Shown here: piece by piece, positions 39,917 through 50,356 of the stretch
Layout of the letters: each line of letters opens with the position of its first letter
How positions within the stretch are numbered: position 1 is the first letter of the stretch
NCBI GenBank assembly: GCA_963805945.1
Contig: CAWDVP010000002.1
Location: 160,001-224,000, forward strand
Length of the DNA stretch: 64,000 nucleotides
Reading direction: 5' to 3'
From: Vulcanimicrobiota bacterium
GTDB lineage: Bacteria; Vulcanimicrobiota; Vulcanimicrobiia; Eremiobacterales; Eremiobacteraceae
The notes under the pieces: generated by a model
The model's input: the letters and a program-made list of their open reading frames with translations, nothing else
What the model was told of the DNA's origin: nothing
Database searches by the model: none
Position numbers and translations under genes: made by a program

Positions 39917-40676
39917 ATGGCGCTGCTCGAACTGCACCGTCTCACCAAGACGTTCGGCGGTCTCACCGCGGTCAAAGATCTGAACATGGCGGTGCCGATC
40001 GGTTCGATCTCGAGTCTCATCGGCCCCAACGGTGCCGGCAAGTCGACGGTGTTCAACGTCATCACCGGCATCTACGCGCCGACGGGCGGCGACGTCATCT
40101 TCGATGACCTTCCGCTCGCCGGACTCAAGCCGAACGCGGTGGCGGCGCGCGGCGTCATGCGCACCTTCCAGAACATCCGGTTGTTCGCGTTCATGACGCG
40201 TGCTTGAGAACGTCATGGTGGGCCGGCACGCGCGCATGCATGCCAACGCGGTCGACGGCGCGCTGCGCACGCCTCGGGCGAAAGACGAAGAGGAAGCGGT
40301 CAGGGCGCGCGCGTTCGAGCTGCTCGACTTCGTCGGCCTGACGAAGTACGCGGGCGAATGGGCGCGCAATCTCCCCTATGGCATGCAGCGGCGTTTGGAG
40401 ATCGCGCGCGCGCTGGCGGCCGATCCGCGGCTGCTGCTGCTCGACGAGCCCGCGGCCGGCGCCAATCCAGCCGAGAAACGCGAGCTCATGGAGCTGGTGC
40501 GTTCCATCCGCAGACCGCGGCGTCACCATCGTGCTCATCGAGCACGACATGAAGCTCGTCATGGGCATCTCCGATCGCGTGCACGTGCTCGATTACGGCG
40601 AGATGATCTGCGAGGGCGACCCGGCGACGGTCCGGCGCGATCCGCGCGTCATCGAAGCCTACCTCGGCAAGGGCGC

Positions 40677-40680
<4 letters not shown>
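39917..40680 (+). CDS. livG: BCAA ABC transporter ATPase (two +1 insertions, ~40199 and ~40512)
   Basis: [17 protein letters not shown] / [23 protein letters not shown] / LIEHDM, VIEAYLG. Confidence 0.9.
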
Positions 40681-41396
<716 letters not shown>

Positions 41397-41422
41397 ACCT
41401 CTCTTGGCGTGACGAGCGACCC

Positions 41423-41908
41423 CTACAGGCAGTAGGCTGGCGCGCTCTTGGCCTGGAGTTTGCTATTGAAGGCTTCGATCACGTAGCACGTGCCGTGAGG
41501 CGAGCTGACCAAGGTTTTGGATATGCCGGCGAGCGTGAGAGGCCATACCGCGTCGCCGACATGCTGGTTCCGGCCGCCATCGACGCGGAGCACGAGGAAA
41601 GCGGTCGCTTGACACTCGGAGGCGCGGCAAGACGGGCTCCAATCCCACACCAGGACGAACGCTGACCCTCTAAGCCACCCCAGGCAGCCTGTTTTGCCGA
41701 TCGGATTATCGTGCCCGGCGCAGGGGTCTACTTCCGGGTTCACTCCCTGCCCCTGCTCCACTCTGTGCACGTTGGTCGGCGCGTTCATCTGCACCATGAC
41801 CTTTATCGGGCCGGGCGATACCGGCGCGTTGAGGAACGCCGTTTGGCCGGTGGACGCCGACGCTAGGAGTGCGAGTGCGACTGAGAAGAGCGCCGCGAGG
41901 AGCTTCAT
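41423..41908 (-). CDS. Hypothetical secreted Cys-containing protein
   Basis: Signal peptide MKLLAALFSVALALLA; six Cys; GGGAGAG RBS; less GC-biased codons. Confidence 0.65.
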   Translation of the reverse strand: MKLLAALFSVALALLASASTGQTAFLNAPVSPGPIKVMVQMNAPTNVHRVEQGQGVNPEVDPCAGHDNPIGKTGCLGWLRGSAFVLVWDWSPSCRASECQATAFLVLRVDGGRNQHVGDAVWPLTLAGISKTLVSSPHGTCYVIEAFNSKLQAKSAPAYCL

Positions 41909-41930
41909 GTTGACTCTCCCTGTTTGCGAT

Positions 41931-42254
41931 TCACGGAGTCACCGGGTCGACGCGCAATTCGAGACCGGCCGTCGGCGCGCCGGGCGCGAACAGCGGGAAG
42001 CGCGTCGTGTTCAAGAACAGCAGCTTGCCTTTGTCCGAGATCCGCGCGTTGAGCGCGTACTTGTGCTTGGGATCGATCTTCGTAGGGTCGTAGGGCAGGC
42101 TGAACGCGATCGGCACCTGGTGCGTGGCCGGGATGTCCGCTGACGAGATCGTCACCATCGGCGCGTCTTCAAGCGTCACGTCGTCGATCGACATGTGGAC
42201 GACCGCCGTCGGGGTCAGCGCGATGCGCTGCACGTACGTGACGACACCGCTCAC
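41931..42254 (-). CDS. YbaY/YscW-like domain lacking its own signal peptide
   Basis: VSGVVTYVQRIALTP.AVV....DVTLEDAP, QVPIAFSLPYDP..I, YALNARI. Confidence 0.75.
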   Translation of the reverse strand: MSGVVTYVQRIALTPTAVVHMSIDDVTLEDAPMVTISSADIPATHQVPIAFSLPYDPTKIDPKHKYALNARISDKGKLLFLNTTRFPLFAPGAPTAGLELRVDPVTP

Positions 42255-43327
42255 GACGCTTTGCGCCGCCGGTGTCGCGGCGCGGCGGGCGGCACGGGCG
42301 GAGGAGATGGCGATGATATCGGCGGCGAGATCTTCAGCACGTAGTCGTTCTGGTCGCCGCCGTACGCGATCCACACGTTGTGCGTCTTCGGATCGACCGC
42401 AAGCGTATGCGCACCGCGCGGGATCGACACGTCGCCGATGCGCCCGAACTCGCCATTGACGTCGCCCAGCACGCTGAGCAGCCCGGTGCCGCTCGCGCAA
42501 TACAGCTTGTTCGCGACGGCGTCGTACGCGATCTGGTCGACGCGCGGCGCGATGTCGAGCGCTTGCGTCACGGCGCCGGTGGTGAGGTCGATCACCGCGA
42601 GCTTGCCATTGGTGCCGGCGCTGAAGAGCCGCTTACCTTTGCCGTCGACCGCCAATCCGCTGGGATCGGTCACCGGCGCGAGCGGCCAGGTGGCGAGGAC
42701 GCTTCTCGTATCGGGGTCGATCACCGCGACGGAGTTGGTCGACCTGATGTTCTGATAGATCTTGTTGCTCACCGGATCGTATTCGAGGACGTCCGGGTCT
42801 TTGGCGATCTGCACGGAGAACTGGAGCAGCTTGTCCGTCTTGCCCTGCACGATCCAGATCTCGTTGCCGTCCGCATGATCCGCGTACAGCCGCCCGCTCT
42901 TGGAATCGAAGGTCATCGCGTCGACCGGGCCATTCACGTAGATGCGTTCGTTCTCGACCAGCCAGTGGCGGTTGAGGGCCGAGATGTAGCCGGCCTCGGT
43001 GCCGACGAAGATCTTGCCGTCGTACTCGTCCACGGCGATGCCGTGGCCCGGGCCGACGTTGATGCGCCGCTCGACCTCGTTCGTGTCGAGGTTGATCACC
43101 AGCAGCTCGTTGCTGCTCGTGTGCACCGCCAGCAGACGCCGGTATTTGGCGTCGATGGTGAGGTAGTCGAATTTCCCGACGGCGCGCGGCACCGGGATCG
43201 GCGTGCCCACGGTCATGATCGGCCGCTCGCTGTCAGCCGACGCGGAGCGAGGATGCGTGGCGGTCGACGCGACGAGCGCGATCGCCAGCGCTGCCAAGGA
43301 GACGATGAGGATGCGGAACGGTTTCAT
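42251..43327 (-). CDS. Secreted YncE/YVTN-type beta-propeller protein
   Basis: Signal peptide; FDYLTID, repeated GIAVD/GLAVD blades, GAHTLAVDP. Confidence 0.85.
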   Translation of the reverse strand: MKPFRILIVSLAALAIALVASTATHPRSASADSERPIMTVGTPIPVPRAVGKFDYLTIDAKYRRLLAVHTSSNELLVINLDTNEVERRINVGPGHGIAVDEYDGKIFVGTEAGYISALNRHWLVENERIYVNGPVDAMTFDSKSGRLYADHADGNEIWIVQGKTDKLLQFSVQIAKDPDVLEYDPVSNKIYQNIRSTNSVAVIDPDTRSVLATWPLAPVTDPSGLAVDGKGKRLFSAGTNGKLAVIDLTTGAVTQALDIAPRVDQIAYDAVANKLYCASGTGLLSVLGDVNGEFGRIGDVSIPRGAHTLAVDPKTHNVWIAYGGDQNDYVLKISPPISSPSPPPVPPAAPRHRRRKAS

Positions 43328-43340
43328 GGTGCGTCCTTCA

Positions 43341-43365
43341 CGGTCGAATGAATTCGACCGCTCCA
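43341..43365 (-). repeat. REP-like palindrome, family A
   Basis: CGGTCGAATGAATTCGACCGCTCCA, identical to the 8667 copy. Confidence 0.85.
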
Positions 43366-43370
43366 TTCGA

Positions 43371-44019
43371 TCAGGAGATCTTCGCCGCCAGGCCGACGCC
43401 GTCGCCCAACGGGAGAATCGTAGCATTCAGCGCCGGGTGGTGCAGAAACTTCTCGTTGAAGGCCCGTATCGCCATGAGTTGACGCCTCGTCGCCCGCGGC
43501 GGGCTTGGCCGCCGCGCTATGGTGCCACAGCAGGTTGTCGACGACGATGAGCCCCGAACGCTTGACCGAGGGGATGACAAGGTCGAGGTAGGCCGAGTAT
43601 TCCTCTTTGATCGCGTCGATGAGCACGATATCGTAGATGTTCTTCGGCAGCCGCCGCAGCATCGACAATGCCGGCTGGTTGATGATCTCGATGCGCTCGG
43701 CCACGCCGGCGCGCGCGAAGAAGCCATGCGCGATCTTCGTGCGCCCCTCATCCGGATCGAAGGTCGTGATCTTGCCGGTCTCGGGCTGCGCACGCGCCAT
43801 CCACAGCGTCGAACAGCCGTAGGCGGTGCCGAGTTCGAGGATGTTGCTCGCGAGCATCGCGCTCGTCAGCACGGAGAGGAAGCGGCCGACTTCGCGGGCG
43901 ACGATCGGGATGCCGTCGCGGTGGCCGAGCTGTTCCAACTCGAGCATGAGCGCGTCGGGTTCGCCTTGGAGCGCGTGAAGGTAGGCGAAATCGCCTTCCA
44001 CCGGATGATCGATCGTCAT
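43371..44019 (-). CDS. Class I O-methyltransferase (COMT/YrrM-like; indel ~43472)
   Basis: ILELGTAYGCS, IDAIKEEY, VVDNLLW / IRAFNE...LPLGDG. Confidence 0.88.
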
Positions 44020-45093
44020 GCGCGCCTCCGCGGTGCGGTGAGACGGACCGCTCGCCCCGAGCGAGCGGAGCGGCGGGCGGCGTCGAGCACTTCCTGGACA
44101 CGCAGCCCGTCTTCAAACGTGGGGACGCTCGATGGCTTGCCCGCGAGATGGTCGAGCATCTCCGTGACCAGCGTGTAGAACGGGCCGGCAAGGCGATGGC
44201 CGGCCGCGAGCCTGCGCGGAAAGCGCCCGGGCGCCGTCACCGGCACCGGATCGCGGCCGGCGCGCAGCCCGAAGATCTCGCTATCGTCGCGGATGAGGAG
44301 TGCGCCCTTCGAACCGCTGATGAACATCGAGCTGAACTGCGTGTTCGCGGTCGCCGTCAGATCGACCGAGGCGAGCGCGCCGCCCGCCATGAGCAGCTGC
44401 AGCGAGAAGTTGTCGTCCGCGTCCACCGTTCCGGTCGAGCCGTCCGCCTTGCGCCGCTTGCGCACGCGCGTCTGCAGCGTCGCCTTGACCTCGCGCACGT
44501 CGCCCGCCAGCCAGCGGCAATAGTCGATGTAGTGCGAGCCGAGCGCGCCGAGCACGCCGCCGCCCTGGTCCGTGCGCGATTGCCAGCCGTGCTGCAGCGT
44601 GCTGGTCGGATGCATCCAGCCGGTGGCCTCCACGATCATGATGCGCTCGAGATCGCCGAGCCAACCGTCGTCCACCAGCGCTTTGGCGCGCAAGCGGACG
44701 GGGATATAGCGGAACTCGTGATCGAGCATGCCGGCGCGACGCGCCTTGCGCGCCGCCAGGAGCATGCGCCGCGCCTCGGCGACGTTGCGCGCGAACGGCT
44801 TCTCGCACAAGCACGTGCTTGCCGGCACGAAACGCCGCGAGCGCGATCGGGGCGTGCAGGTTCGGCGGCGTCACGATGCTCACGAGGTCGACATCGGGGC
44901 GCGCCACGCAGGCGCGGAAATCGTCGGTGAAATGCGGGATGGCGAACTGGATCGCCGCCGCCTTGGCCCGCTCGAGCGAACCTGAGCACACGGCGACGAC
45001 GGTCGTCTGCGGATGTTCGCGCAGGACCGGCAATTGGACGCGTCCGCCGAACCCCATGCCGACGACCGCGATGCGAAGCGTATCTGCAGCCAC
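44016..45093 (-). CDS. Gfo/Idh/MocA oxidoreductase (indel ~44809)
   Basis: IAVVGMGFG, IVTPPNLH, GKHV / CEKP, GGGVLGALGSHYID. Confidence 0.88.
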
Positions 45094-45136
45094 GCTTGTC
45101 CGTCTCTCCTGTCGTGCCCGAGCGCAGCTCGGGCGT

Positions 45137-47257
45137 CTAGAGCATCGAGAGCTGTTCGGGCTGGCCGGCCGCGGCTCGCGCATCCGCCGGCACCAGCGCG
45201 CCGAAGCGCGCCACGAAATCGGCGATGCGGCGCACGAGGTATTCGCGATCCTCGTCGTCCGCGTAGTCTTCCGACAGGGCGAGCTCGCCGCCGATCCGCT
45301 GGTAGACCCGCACTTTGTCGCCGACGGCGAGGCCCCTCTCGGCGATCGCGCGCGCGAGGCGCTTGTTGGCGGGCGCGTTGTACGTCTTCGGCGTGATGGA
45401 CTCGCGCCGGCTGAAATCCTCGAGCCGGATGCCGCCGCGCCGCACGGTCTCCACCGCGGCCACGACCTGGGACACGATCTCGTGCTCGCGGCCCTCCAGC
45501 AGCGCGCGCGCGATGCCGGCGAGCAGCGCGCGCCCGAACGGCTCGTCGCGCGCGGAGCGCAGCGCGGAGCCGCGCAGGATGAGCTCGCCGCCGATGCCCC
45601 GCAGCGCGTAGTTCTTCGGCGCAAGCGAGAGCATCGCCGCGTAGCGCTCCTCGAGGACGAGCCGCAGCCCGTCGCCGAGCTCGGCGCCGATCTGCGCCAC
45701 CAACGCGTCGGCGTCGGTGCCGGGCGGCATCTGGAAGAACGCGCCATCGGTGTCGACTTCGATGACGCGGCAGCCGCGCTGGCTCAAGCGGTCGATCATG
45801 CGCTGCATGACCTCGCGGCCGGCTTCGGTGACGCGCCCGGCCGCTGCCGGATCGTTGAAATGCAGCCCGTTCGTGCCCAGGAAGCCGAAGAACGAGTTGA
45901 TGAGGATCTTCAACGCATGCTGCATGCCGTCGGCGGCGAGGTGTCGCCGGTCCTCGCCCGCGGCCTGCGCGGCTTCGGACTCGCGCTTGGCGCGCATGCG
46001 CAGCCCGCGCAACGCATCGAGCATCGGCAAGAACGCATGGAGGTCGTCGTCCTGCGGTTCGATCGCGCGGGCGAGCATGAGCGACGGGTACAGGCTCTCC
46101 ACGTCGCACTTGACGACGTCCGGGAACACGCCGACCTCCAGCACCGCCGCATACGCCCCCTCGATCGGCGCGGTCGCGCGCGGCCGCGGGATGGAATGCC
46201 GGCGCGCCAGGTAGGCGCGCACCATGAGCCGCTCGATGCGGCTGCCGATGCCGACGAACGCGAGCCCCTGCAGCGACTCCGGCACCATCTGGGCCTGGTA
46301 GAACTCGGTCGGCGTCACCAGCCGCGACAATCGATCCGTGTCGCGCGCGTCGTCGAGGCAATACGCCTTCAGTTTGGCGCGCTCGGCGGGGTCGGCCCAC
46401 AGCGCGCGCATGTTCGAGGCGTCCACCAGCGCGCGCTGATCGTCGCCGATGCCGAGATGTCGCACGACGTGCTTCAGTTTGTAGTTGGGCAAGCGGCGCG
46501 CGACGTCCCAGCGCATCACGCCGAAGAACGTGTCGATGATCTGGCGGCCCGGGATGCGGTAGTATTTCGCGACCATGCCGTTGGGCACGCTGCGGCGGAT
46601 GCTGTCGTCGAGGGTCATGTGCCCGCCGTCTCGGCCCAGCACGAGCGGCACGCCGGCGCGCCGCGCGCGTTCCGTCAGATACCAGAGATCGAAATTGAAG
46701 ACGTTGTGGCCTTCGATGACGTCGGGGTCGCGTTCGACGACGACGCGGACGAATTCCGCGATGAGCGCGGCCTCGCTGACGAAGTCGTCGAGCGCGAGCA
46801 CCCGCTCGAAGCCGCTCGAGTCGTGCACGGCGATCAGGCAGATGGCGCCATCAGGCCGGTCGGGATAGATGTCGAGCGTCTCGAGATCGAACTGCAGCCG
46901 GCGCAGCTGTTCGAACGGCAGGTTGCGATAGAACGTGTCGCCGCTGCTCACCAGGTGCGATGCCACGGGGTCTAGGTAGACGAGGCGCTGGTCGCTGGCC
47001 AGCGAGCGCGCGAACTCCACCGCCCGTCCGCCGCGCGTGAGCAGCAGGTGGCGCAGCGGATGCCGGCCCGCCAGCTCGATGCTGTCGTCCATGGTCTTGC
47101 GCGCCAGCACCCACGACTGCAGAGGGACGCTGTGGCGCTCGAGCTGCGCACCGACGCGCCGGTAGAGGGTCGCGTTGCCCGCGACGCTATCGGTCTCCAG
47201 GGCGACGATGCCCTCGATACGGCCCGCGCCGTATATCAGATCGTTGTTGCCGTCCAC
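45137..47257 (-). CDS. Family B DNA polymerase with 3'-5' exonuclease
   Basis: ExoI FDLET, ExoII GHNVFNFD, ExoIII YCLDD; polymerase motifs DVESLYPS, KILINSFFG, EVDTDG, KNY. Confidence 0.92.
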   Translation of the reverse strand: MDGNNDLIYGAGRIEGIVALETDSVAGNATLYRRVGAQLERHSVPLQSWVLARKTMDDSIELAGRHPLRHLLLTRGGRAVEFARSLASDQRLVYLDPVASHLVSSGDTFYRNLPFEQLRRLQFDLETLDIYPDRPDGAICLIAVHDSSGFERVLALDDFVSEAALIAEFVRVVVERDPDVIEGHNVFNFDLWYLTERARRAGVPLVLGRDGGHMTLDDSIRRSVPNGMVAKYYRIPGRQIIDTFFGVMRWDVARRLPNYKLKHVVRHLGIGDDQRALVDASNMRALWADPAERAKLKAYCLDDARDTDRLSRLVTPTEFYQAQMVPESLQGLAFVGIGSRIERLMVRAYLARRHSIPRPRATAPIEGAYAAVLEVGVFPDVVKCDVESLYPSLMLARAIEPQDDDLHAFLPMLDALRGLRMRAKRESEAAQAAGEDRRHLAADGMQHALKILINSFFGFLGTNGLHFNDPAAAGRVTEAGREVMQRMIDRLSQRGCRVIEVDTDGAFFQMPPGTDADALVAQIGAELGDGLRLVLEERYAAMLSLAPKNYALRGIGGELILRGSALRSARDEPFGRALLAGIARALLEGREHEIVSQVVAAVETVRRGGIRLEDFSRRESITPKTYNAPANKRLARAIAERGLAVGDKVRVYQRIGGELALSEDYADDEDREYLVRRIADFVARFGALVPADARAAAGQPEQLSML

Positions 47258-47350
47258 TGCTTCGAGCGTTCTGCCAGGCTTAGGCCCGTTCTTCTATCGC
47301 AGGCGACGGCAAAACGCGAGCGGAACGCTCCTCCTCGATTGGAGAACGGC

Positions 47351-48463
47351 ATGAGACGTACGATCATCGCATGTATGTTGTCGGCGTTCGTCGCGCTTGC
47401 GACGTCGTCGGCCCAGCCCGCGCGGGCAGATGACCTGAGCACGTCCGGCGTCTTGCGAAGGCTCGTGACCTCGTATGGCGTGAGCGGCTACGAGGGTCCC
47501 GTGCGCCACGACATCGAGAGCATGCTGCCCGCCTGGGCACATCCGAAGACCGACGCGATGGGCAACCTCATCCTCGAGGTCGGCCACGGCAAGCCGTCGA
47601 TGCTGTTCATCGCCCACATGGACGAGATCGGCTGGGACGTCACCGGCATCACGCCCGACGGCTACCTGCGGGTGACGCCGGTCGGCGGCTTCTTCGCCGA
47701 CACGTTCTACGGCCGCTACGTGCTCGTCCACACGGAGCACGGCGACGTGCCGGGTGTCGTCGCGACGAAATCCATCCATCTAACCGGGCGCGGCGAGGCG
47801 CCGCCACCGCTCGGCCCGAGCACGATGTACATCGACGTCGGCGCGTCGTCGCGCGCGCAGGTCGAGAGCCTCGGCATCCGGCTGCTCGACTCGGTCACCA
47901 TCAAGAAGGAGCTCTACCAGCTCGCGTACGGGCGCTGGGCGGCGCGTTCGATGGACGATCGATTCGGCTGCACGTCGCTGCTGCTCGCGGTGCGCAAGCT
48001 CGACCCGGCCCACGTGCAGGGTACCGTCACTTTCGTCTGGTCGGTGCAGGAAGAAGTCGGCACGCGCGGCGCGCGCGCGGTGTCGGTCTCGCGCCACCCG
48101 GACTTCGTCTTCCCCGTGGATATGTTCACCACGTCGGACTCGCCGCTTGAGTCACCGCGGACGGCATATGCGCCGCTCGGCAAAGGCGCGGTCATGCGCG
48201 CGCTCGACGAGAGCAATATCAGCCCGGCGGAATGGAACCGCAAGATCCTCGCCTGGGCGCAATCGCGCGGCCTGCCGCTCCAGATCGGCGCGACCGGCGG
48301 CGGCAACGATGGCGAGAACTTCTGGAGCGAGACGACGTACGTGATCCCGTTCGGCATCCCCATCCGCTATTCGCATTCGATGGAGGTCATCGAGCTGTCC
48401 GATCTCGACGACATGGCCAAGATCGTCGAGGGCCTCGCGACGGACGCCGCTTGGCGTAACTAG
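47351..48463 (+). CDS. M42-family metallo-aminopeptidase with a signal peptide
   Basis: AHMDEIG, MDDRFG, VQEEVG, RYSHS; N-terminal MRRTIIACMLSAFVALA...ARA. Confidence 0.88.
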   Translation: MRRTIIACMLSAFVALATSSAQPARADDLSTSGVLRRLVTSYGVSGYEGPVRHDIESMLPAWAHPKTDAMGNLILEVGHGKPSMLFIAHMDEIGWDVTGITPDGYLRVTPVGGFFADTFYGRYVLVHTEHGDVPGVVATKSIHLTGRGEAPPPLGPSTMYIDVGASSRAQVESLGIRLLDSVTIKKELYQLAYGRWAARSMDDRFGCTSLLLAVRKLDPAHVQGTVTFVWSVQEEVGTRGARAVSVSRHPDFVFPVDMFTTSDSPLESPRTAYAPLGKGAVMRALDESNISPAEWNRKILAWAQSRGLPLQIGATGGGNDGENFWSETTYVIPFGIPIRYSHSMEVIELSDLDDMAKIVEGLATDAAWRN

Positions 48464-48475
48464 TGTGCCGGACCA

Positions 48476-48550
48476 TGTAGGGGCCGATCTTTAGATCGGC
48501 CCTCCTGTTCGCGGCGTAGGCAAGGGCCGATCTAAAGGTCGGCCCCTACA
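48476..48550. repeat. Inverted doublet of family B REP-like palindromes (REPIN/BIME-like)
   Basis: TGTAGGGGCCGATCTTTAGATCGGCCC, a 21-nt spacer, then GGGCCGATCTAAAGGTCGGCCCCTACA; lies between convergent genes. Confidence 0.85.
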
Positions 48551-48561
48551 TATCTCGCGCG

Positions 48562-49140
48562 TTATTTCGTGCAGTCGAGTTTGACGCGGAAGCTCGGGTG
48601 CTTGGTCGTGTAGCCGGGCTGCCCTTCCGCCACGTGCTGCGCCTGCATCTTCGGATCGATGATCCACAAGAACTTCGTCGGCTTGCTCACCTCTGATTGC
48701 TTCGTACCGCTCGGGTACCAGAAGGTCAGCTCGTGCTTGAACGCCGCCGCCTGGGGAAAGGTGTGATAGGTGATCTTCTGCGCGTCCAAGGTGCCGGTCG
48801 TCGTCGCGTCGACATCGAGCGTCGTGTCGTCGGCGAAGCCGAGCGAGAAGCTCTGCGAGCCGGTGTACGAAGGCGTATAGTCACTGCGAGTCGTGCCGTT
48901 GCGCACCTCGACCAGCACGCCCCAGCCGAACATCCCCGGCATGCCCGGGTCGCTGAGCGACTCCACGGAATCGACCTTGAGCCGCCAGATGCCGTCGAAG
49001 AGCCACTCATTCATGCAGCCCTCGACCGCATCGGTCTGCTTCGCGCCGCCGGGCGGCGGCGTGGAGGATGCCGCATGCACCTGCGGACTCACGGCCACGC
49101 ATGCGAGAAAGACGAAAGCGATGATGGCGATCCGACGCAT
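48562..49140 (-). CDS. Hypothetical secreted protein
   Basis: Signal peptide ending VHA; AAGGAG RBS; two Cys in the mature part. Confidence 0.75.
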   Translation of the reverse strand: MRRIAIIAFVFLACVAVSPQVHAASSTPPPGGAKQTDAVEGCMNEWLFDGIWRLKVDSVESLSDPGMPGMFGWGVLVEVRNGTTRSDYTPSYTGSQSFSLGFADDTTLDVDATTTGTLDAQKITYHTFPQAAAFKHELTFWYPSGTKQSEVSKPTKFLWIIDPKMQAQHVAEGQPGYTTKHPSFRVKLDCTK

Positions 49141-49166
49141 TGGAAGTCTCCTTAGTCACAAGCGGG

Positions 49167-49191
49167 CGGTCGAATAAATTCGACCGCTCCA
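49167..49191 (-). repeat. REP-like palindrome, family A
   Basis: CGGTCGAATAAATTCGACCGCTCCA. Confidence 0.85.
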
Positions 49192-49239
49192 TAGAAGTTG
49201 GTCAAACCCGAGCTTCGCTCGGGCACTACGAATACTTTC

Positions 49240-50356
49240 TTAGTGGCGGGGCGTCAGCATCGGCATCGGCGTCGGCGGCGGGGCGGGCGGAGAAGCGAGC
49301 GCTGCGCCGCTCGCCGCGGGCAGCGGCACCGGCGGCAGGCTGACCTCTGGCACCGGCGTCGGCGTCACGAGCGGCGTGATCGGGCTGCTGAAGACGTTGT
49401 CCGTCGGCCCCGGATGCGCTAACGGATATGGCGCACCCGAACTGAACACGTTCGTGTCGGGCGCCCCGGGGTGGAACACATCGGGCGGTGCGACGTTCGG
49501 CGCGGGTGCGACGCCCGCGATGTAGCGCGCAAGCCGCAACGTGTAGCTCGCGCTGAGCGTGTAGGAGCCGGGCGCGCCATGTTCTCCCAGCGCATTGCCG
49601 CGCCCGGTCACGGTGAACGTGGATCCCAGCAGCAAGCGCTGCGACAGATCGATGAACGAAACGCCGTTCGCCGTGCCGGCGCCGCGCAGCGCGACGCGGC
49701 CGAATCCCGGCACGGTCACGCGTCCGCTCGCGTCCATCGCGCCGATCGGACGCCACCTGCAACACCGTCGGATCGAAGTTCCAGTTCGTCGCGGTGTGCG
49801 CGAGCTGCAGCGTCACGGCGCCGGACGGCAGGTCGAGCTCGCCCTGCGTGCTCCACCTGCTGCCTTCCGCAAGATCCTGCGGCGGCGCGCCGTTGATCAC
49901 CAACACGGCGGCGGTGAGATCGCCTGCGCCGCCCGCCATCGTGAGCGTGCCGTCGGCCGCCACGCTCGGACTCGGCGGCGCCGCTTCGTCCGCCGCGTTG
50001 CTCGGCTGTGCGCCGGGGCGCCGTGCGCTCGTCGCGACCGCGAGCACCGTGACGCCGTTGTCGCCGTAGCCCTCCACCGTGAGCGCCGTGCTGCTGCCGT
50101 CGGTCCGCTTCAGCGTGCGCGTGACCACTGCGCCGTCGCTGCCGCGTAGGCTGATCGTCAGCGTCTCGCTGCGATCGACACGATACACCTGTTGCTCGCC
50201 GAGCCCGAAGATGCGGTTCGGAAGAAAGACGGTCGCGTTCGTCGAGGCGCCGAGACACGCGACGGCGCTCGCGCCGACGAGCGCGCACGCGACGAGGCAT
50301 CCGGAAAGCTGTTTGCTAGAGACTCGGAGTGACGGTCGGGTACGGCGAAGCCTCAT
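49240..50356 (-). CDS. Hypothetical secreted beta-rich protein with a Pro-rich tail (indel ~49748)
   Basis: Joined ORFs 49226..50356 and 49240..49737; hydrophobic leader; start uncertain. Confidence 0.6.

Noticed and set aside
44819..46975. Long overlapping ORFs (718 aa here; also 54547..56787, 10964..12361, 27986..29350)
   Set aside because: These are antisense shadows of real high-GC genes, with no recognisable motifs and biased Arg/Ala composition.
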